Source: Candidatus Electrothrix sp. GW3-4 (GTDB lineage Bacteria > Desulfobacterota > Desulfobulbia > Desulfobulbales > Desulfobulbaceae). From it: 32,000 bases of DNA. The notes under the pieces were generated by a model. The model was not told where the DNA came from. It saw nothing but the letters and a program-made list of their open reading frames with translations, and ran no database searches. The first letter of the stretch is position 1; each line of letters begins with the position of its first letter. The position numbers and the translations under genes were made by a program. Shown here in pieces: positions 28,565 to 32,000 of this stretch. The stretch spans positions 3,870,001 to 3,902,000 of the forward strand of contig NZ_CP147990.1 of the NCBI RefSeq assembly GCF_037902255.1, given 5' to 3'.

Positions 28565-30250
28565 CTAAGCCCTGGTTAAGCTCCGATAGCGGATCCGATG
28601 GGGTTGATCTGCCTCTGCGCCCATCCGCTTTTTATAGTCCTGCTCGTATTCTGAGTAATTGCCCTCAAACCAGACCACCTTGGAATCGCCCTCAAAGGCC
28701 ATGATATGGGTGGCAAGCCGATCCAGGAACCAGCGGTCATGGCTGATGATCACCGCGCAACCGCCGTAGCTCTCCAGGGCTTCTTCCAGGGCCCGCAAGG
28801 TATTCACATCCAGGTCATTGGTGGGCTCATCAAGCAGGAGTACGTTGCCGCCCTCTTTGAGCATCATGGCCAGATGGACCCGATTCCGCTGGCCACCGGA
28901 GATCTCTGAGACCTTATTCTGCTGGGCAGAGCCGCTGAAGTTAAATTTGCCCACATAGGCCCGGGCGTTGACCTCCTGGGTACCGAGCCAAATCGTCTCC
29001 TGGCCCTCAGAGATGGTCTCGTAGATGGTTTTGTTGGGATCAAGGTTATCACGGCCCTGATCCACATAGCAGAGCTTGACCGTCTCACCTATGCGGATGC
29101 TGCCCTCATCCGGCTCTTCCTGGCCGGTGATCATGCGAAAGAGAGTGGTCTTACCTGCGCCGTTGGGACCGACAATCCCGACGATGCCGCCCGGTGGCAG
29201 GGAAAAGGAAAGGTCCTCCACCAGGATCCGATCGCCATAGCTCTTGCTGATCCCCTCCCCCTCAATGACCACCTTGCCCAAACGGGGACCAGGTGGGATG
29301 TAGATCTCCAGCTTTTTCATCCGCTCAGAGGAGTCCTGGTTGAGGAGCTGCTCATATTGGTTGATACGGGCCTTGGCCTTGGCATGGCGGCCCTTGGGAC
29401 TCATGCGAATCCACTCCAGCTCCCGTTGCAGGGTCCGCTGGCGCTCGCTCTCCTTTTTCTCTTCCAGGGCCAGGCGCTTCTGTTTCTGCTCCAGCCAGGA
29501 GGAATAGTTACCCTTCCAGGGGATACCCCGTCCCCGATCAAGCTCCAGGATCCAACCAGCCACGTTATCCAGAAAATAACGATCATGGGTGACCGCGATG
29601 ACCGTGCCCTCGTAGCGCTGGAGATGATGCTCCAGCCAGGCCACGGACTCGGCATCCAGATGGTTGGTGGGCTCATCCAGGAGGAGGATATCCGGCTTCT
29701 TGAGGAGGATGCGACAGAGGGCCACCCGGCGTTTCTCACCCCCGGAGAGCACCCCGATCTTGGCCTCAGCAGGAGGACAGCGCAGGGCATCCATGGCCAT
29801 CTCCAGACGGCTGTCCAGATTCCAGGCATCAGCGGCATCCAGCTGATCCTGGACCTCGCCCTGGCGTTCAATCAGGGCCTGCATGGCATCGTCGTCCATG
29901 GGTTCGGCAAATCGGGCATTGATCTGGTTATACTCTTCCAGCAGATCAACAACGCCCTGGACGCCCTGCTCGACAATATCACGCACGGTCTTATCTGGAT
30001 CAAGCTCAGGCTCCTGCTCCAGCATGTCCACAGTAAAGCCCTCGGAGAGAAGGCTCTCGCCCTCAAAGTCCTTATCCTTGCCCGCCAGGATACGGAGCAA
30101 GGTACTCTTTCCTGAGCCGTTCAGGCCCAGCACCCCGATCTTGGCGCCGTAGAAATAGGAGAGGGAGATATCTTTAATAATAACTTGATCTTTGTACTTT
30201 TTACTGACCTTAATCATCGAATAGATGATCTTATTCGCTTCTTGTGCCAT
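28565..30250 (-). CDS. ettA: Energy-dependent translational throttle protein EttA (ABC-F ATPase)
   Basis: 561-aa ORF that appears collinear with E. coli EttA as I recall it (MAQ...ISLSYFYGAKIGVLGLNGSGKSTLLRILAGKDKDFEGE). It has two ABC cassettes: LSGGEKRRVALCRILL/ILLLDEPTNHLD and ISGGQRNRVHLAMML/VLLLDEPTNDLD. An arm/linker region lies between them. Confidence 0.95.
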   Translation of the reverse strand: MAQEANKIIYSMIKVSKKYKDQVIIKDISLSYFYGAKIGVLGLNGSGKSTLLRILAGKDKDFEGESLLSEGFTVDMLEQEPELDPDKTVRDIVEQGVQGVVDLLEEYNQINARFAEPMDDDAMQALIERQGEVQDQLDAADAWNLDSRLEMAMDALRCPPAEAKIGVLSGGEKRRVALCRILLKKPDILLLDEPTNHLDAESVAWLEHHLQRYEGTVIAVTHDRYFLDNVAGWILELDRGRGIPWKGNYSSWLEQKQKRLALEEKKESERQRTLQRELEWIRMSPKGRHAKAKARINQYEQLLNQDSSERMKKLEIYIPPGPRLGKVVIEGEGISKSYGDRILVEDLSFSLPPGGIVGIVGPNGAGKTTLFRMITGQEEPDEGSIRIGETVKLCYVDQGRDNLDPNKTIYETISEGQETIWLGTQEVNARAYVGKFNFSGSAQQNKVSEISGGQRNRVHLAMMLKEGGNVLLLDEPTNDLDVNTLRALEEALESYGGCAVIISHDRWFLDRLATHIMAFEGDSKVVWFEGNYSEYEQDYKKRMGAEADQPHRIRYRSLTRA

Positions 30251-30596
30251 ATGCTCCGTTCTGTATTGAATGAGGGTATTGACCGCCTTGGGTCGCTCGA
30301 ACTTGTTGTGCTCGTCCGGCTGGAACCAAGCGGCTGGAAGATTTGTTCAGCGTTACTATCTGTTCATAAACTGTATCTTGTTTTTTTGCGAAGGATTTCT
30401 GCATGAATTTTGGGGGATATCCTTTGTTGTGGGATAGCACAGATCGCTGGCATTCATTGCTTGAATTTTCTAAGGACATGCGATAGATAAAGAGTTTTAG
30501 CTATCGTTTCAACCAGTTTTCCCTCTCGTTCGGAGCCTTATCGCAGAGACATTTGATACGTTTTGCCTGTAACTTCCGAGAAAAGCAATGCTTTTT

Positions 30597-31118
30597 GTTT
30601 GCAAATAAAAGGTTGTTTGTTATCAAGAGAAGGTTATTAGTAACAAACAAGGAGTTGTTTGTAGCTAACAGAAGGTTGTTTGTAATAAATAAGGAGTTGT
30701 TTGTAGCTAACAGAAGGTTGTTGATAACCAACGAAGGAGTGTTTGTTAACAAGAGAAGGTTGTTTGTAACAAACAAGGAGCTGTTTGCTATAAACAGAAG
30801 GTGTTTGATAACCAACGAAGGAGTGTTTGCTCCTAGCAAAAGATTGTTTGCTACCAACAAAAGGTTGTTGTTAATCAACGAAGGAGTGTTTGCTATCAAC
30901 GGAAGGTGTTTGATAACCAACGAAGGAGTGTTTGCTATCAACGAAAGGTGTTTGATAACCAACGAGGGAATGTTTGCTCATGACAGAAGGTTGTCAGCTA
31001 TTAACAAAAGGTTCTTGGTAGCCAACAAGGGGTTGTTTACTCCTGATAGAAAGCTCTCAGCTATCAAGAAGAATATTTTGTTTAACAGCAAGAATCTATT
31101 GTTTGTCCGTAAAGGTGT
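30597..31118. repeat. Tandem array of about 25 copies of a 21-bp unit (approximate consensus GTTTGyTAnCAACrrAAGGrkT) with 42-bp higher-order repeats
   Basis: Units were read off by eye: 30615-30635, 30636-30656, 30657-30677 and so on, to degenerate copies near 31118. An identical 30-nt block (ggagttgtttgtagctaacagaaggttgtt) occurs at 30651-30680 and 30693-30722, an offset of 42. gtttgataaccaacgaaggagtgtttgct recurs at 30803 and 30908. Copies decay toward the right end. Confidence 0.9.
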
Positions 31119-31208
31119 GTTACTGAGTAAACACTAGCATAAAAAAACTCCGCTCACTAACAATATTGCACAGAAAAACAATATATTACCAAAGGGGCTT
31201 CGATTTAA

Positions 31209-32000
31209 ATGAATAAGTCTGGTTCAGGGTCAGCAACAAATGCAGGGATAGATTACCAGCAAAGAGTCTCTGCATTATTTCTAATAGCTTTACATTCTCA
31301 GTTCGACATCTCACAATTACTTAACATTAATGACGAATTAAATATTAAGTATGTTTCATACGAGACTGCAGAAAATGTAGATGATCTCAATATTATTTGC
31401 GATGACAACAAAATTTTATACATGCAAATTAAGCGCAAAATTGCGCTTTCCAAAAAAGACGGCTCTGAATTCCAAAAAGTAATTGAACAGTTTCTTTCTC
31501 AATATATCGCTGAACAAAAAATATCTGATCGGTTTCTTCTCATCACTACGTCAGACACATCAAAAAGTATTAAATATGATCTCAAAAAAATTTTTGACAG
31601 TATTAGGCTTAACGATACTGGATTTAAAGCGAACCCTTGCAATAATAACGAAGAAAAAACTTATTCAATCTTAGAAACAGTTTTTAATAACTCATATAAA
31701 AAACTGACCCAACATGAACCATCAAATAAAGATTTTGTTATATTTTGCAAGCAAGTATTCGTGTCTATTATTGATGTAGAAACCGATATGACAACAGAGA
31801 AAATAGCTGTCATGCTTTTGCACAGTGAAGGAATTAATATGCCATCACTGGTTTGGAACTACTTAGTATCCCAGAGTCTATATTATGCAACTAACAGATT
31901 ATCTTTAAACCGTGATGGTATAAATAACACTCTAGCAAAATATCAAGCCAAAAAGCCTACTCAGAAAGAATTGGAAATTCAATTAAATGAACTTTTGAAA
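31209..32000 (+). CDS. Partial ORF (first 264 codons, runs off the window; absent from the supplied ORF track): putative PD-(D/E)xK nuclease-fold protein with a Cap4/DUF4297-like N-terminal domain
   Basis: I translated this by hand. ATG 31209 is preceded by an in-frame TAA (31206-31208), and no stop occurs to position 32000 even though the DNA is about one-third GC. The N-terminus is MNKSGSGSATNAGIDYQQRVSALFLIAL...YETAENVDDLNIICDDNKILYMQIKRK. This matches the G-x-x-YQ...E...DD...Q-x-K pattern I associate with DUF4297/Cap4-type nuclease domains. The family call is from memory only. Confidence 0.55.
   Translation, partial: MNKSGSGSATNAGIDYQQRVSALFLIALHSQFDISQLLNINDELNIKYVSYETAENVDDLNIICDDNKILYMQIKRKIALSKKDGSEFQKVIEQFLSQYIAEQKISDRFLLITTSDTSKSIKYDLKKIFDSIRLNDTGFKANPCNNNEEKTYSILETVFNNSYKKLTQHEPSNKDFVIFCKQVFVSIIDVETDMTTEKIAVMLLHSEGINMPSLVWNYLVSQSLYYATNRLSLNRDGINNTLAKYQAKKPTQKELEIQLNELLK

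Noticed and set aside
30501-31137. The repeat region read as a CRISPR array, or its two overlapping ORFs (30553-31137 plus, 30501-30962 minus) read as ordinary genes.
   Set aside because: It is not a CRISPR array. The units are contiguous 21-mers with no unique spacers, and no cas genes are present. As genes they lack an SD and a credible start (a TTG, or a Met inside the repeat). Both strands are open, and the products are monotonous basic/hydrophobic heptads. I kept it as a repeat feature and flagged the coding possibility only as an alternative.

Overview
The window is mostly ordinary chromosomal core. A hand count of one 60-nt line of ettA gives 36/60 GC. The genome is Gram-negative and looks Desulfobacterota/deltaproteobacterium-like, but that taxonomy is only my guess. 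The window ends in a compositionally foreign region. From left to right: (1) a TetR regulator plus an RND-type periplasmic adaptor lipoprotein with no pump gene (minus strand). (2) A minus-strand nitrogen operon glnB-glnD-glnA, where the P-II stop and glnD start share one nucleotide, with a clean terminator and a ~725-bp ORF-free upstream region. (3) A plus-strand run: HtrA/DegP protease, a MazG-like pyrophosphohydrolase coupled to an APH/NahK-like kinase, an SPFH protein, an FKBP-type PPIase and a membrane-anchored hypothetical. (4) A minus-strand run of envelope genes: a MoxR AAA+ ATPase, a DUF58 protein, a transglutaminase-like membrane protein, an exported double-size MurI-like racemase homologue, an orphan TAXI solute-binding protein and a SulP-STAS-cNMP anion transporter. 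(5) An AapJQMP/BztABCD-type general amino-acid ABC transporter (plus strand). (6) ettA (ABC-F), followed by two small exported proteins (minus strand). (7) An array of about 25 tandem 21-bp units with 42-bp higher-order structure. (8) An AT-rich segment (77/240 GC over four hand-counted lines) carrying a 264-codon open frame that runs off the window, is absent from the supplied ORF track, and has a Cap4/DUF4297-like PD-(D/E)xK N-terminus. The best leads are the repeat array plus island edge (30.6-32.0 kb), the exported MurI-like protein next to the orphan TAXI receptor (15.4-18.2 kb), and a signal-peptide ORF with no canonical start codon that abuts the ettA stop. I found no rRNA, tRNA, CRISPR array, transposase or integrase. 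All family assignments rest on motifs recognised by eye, not on database searches.
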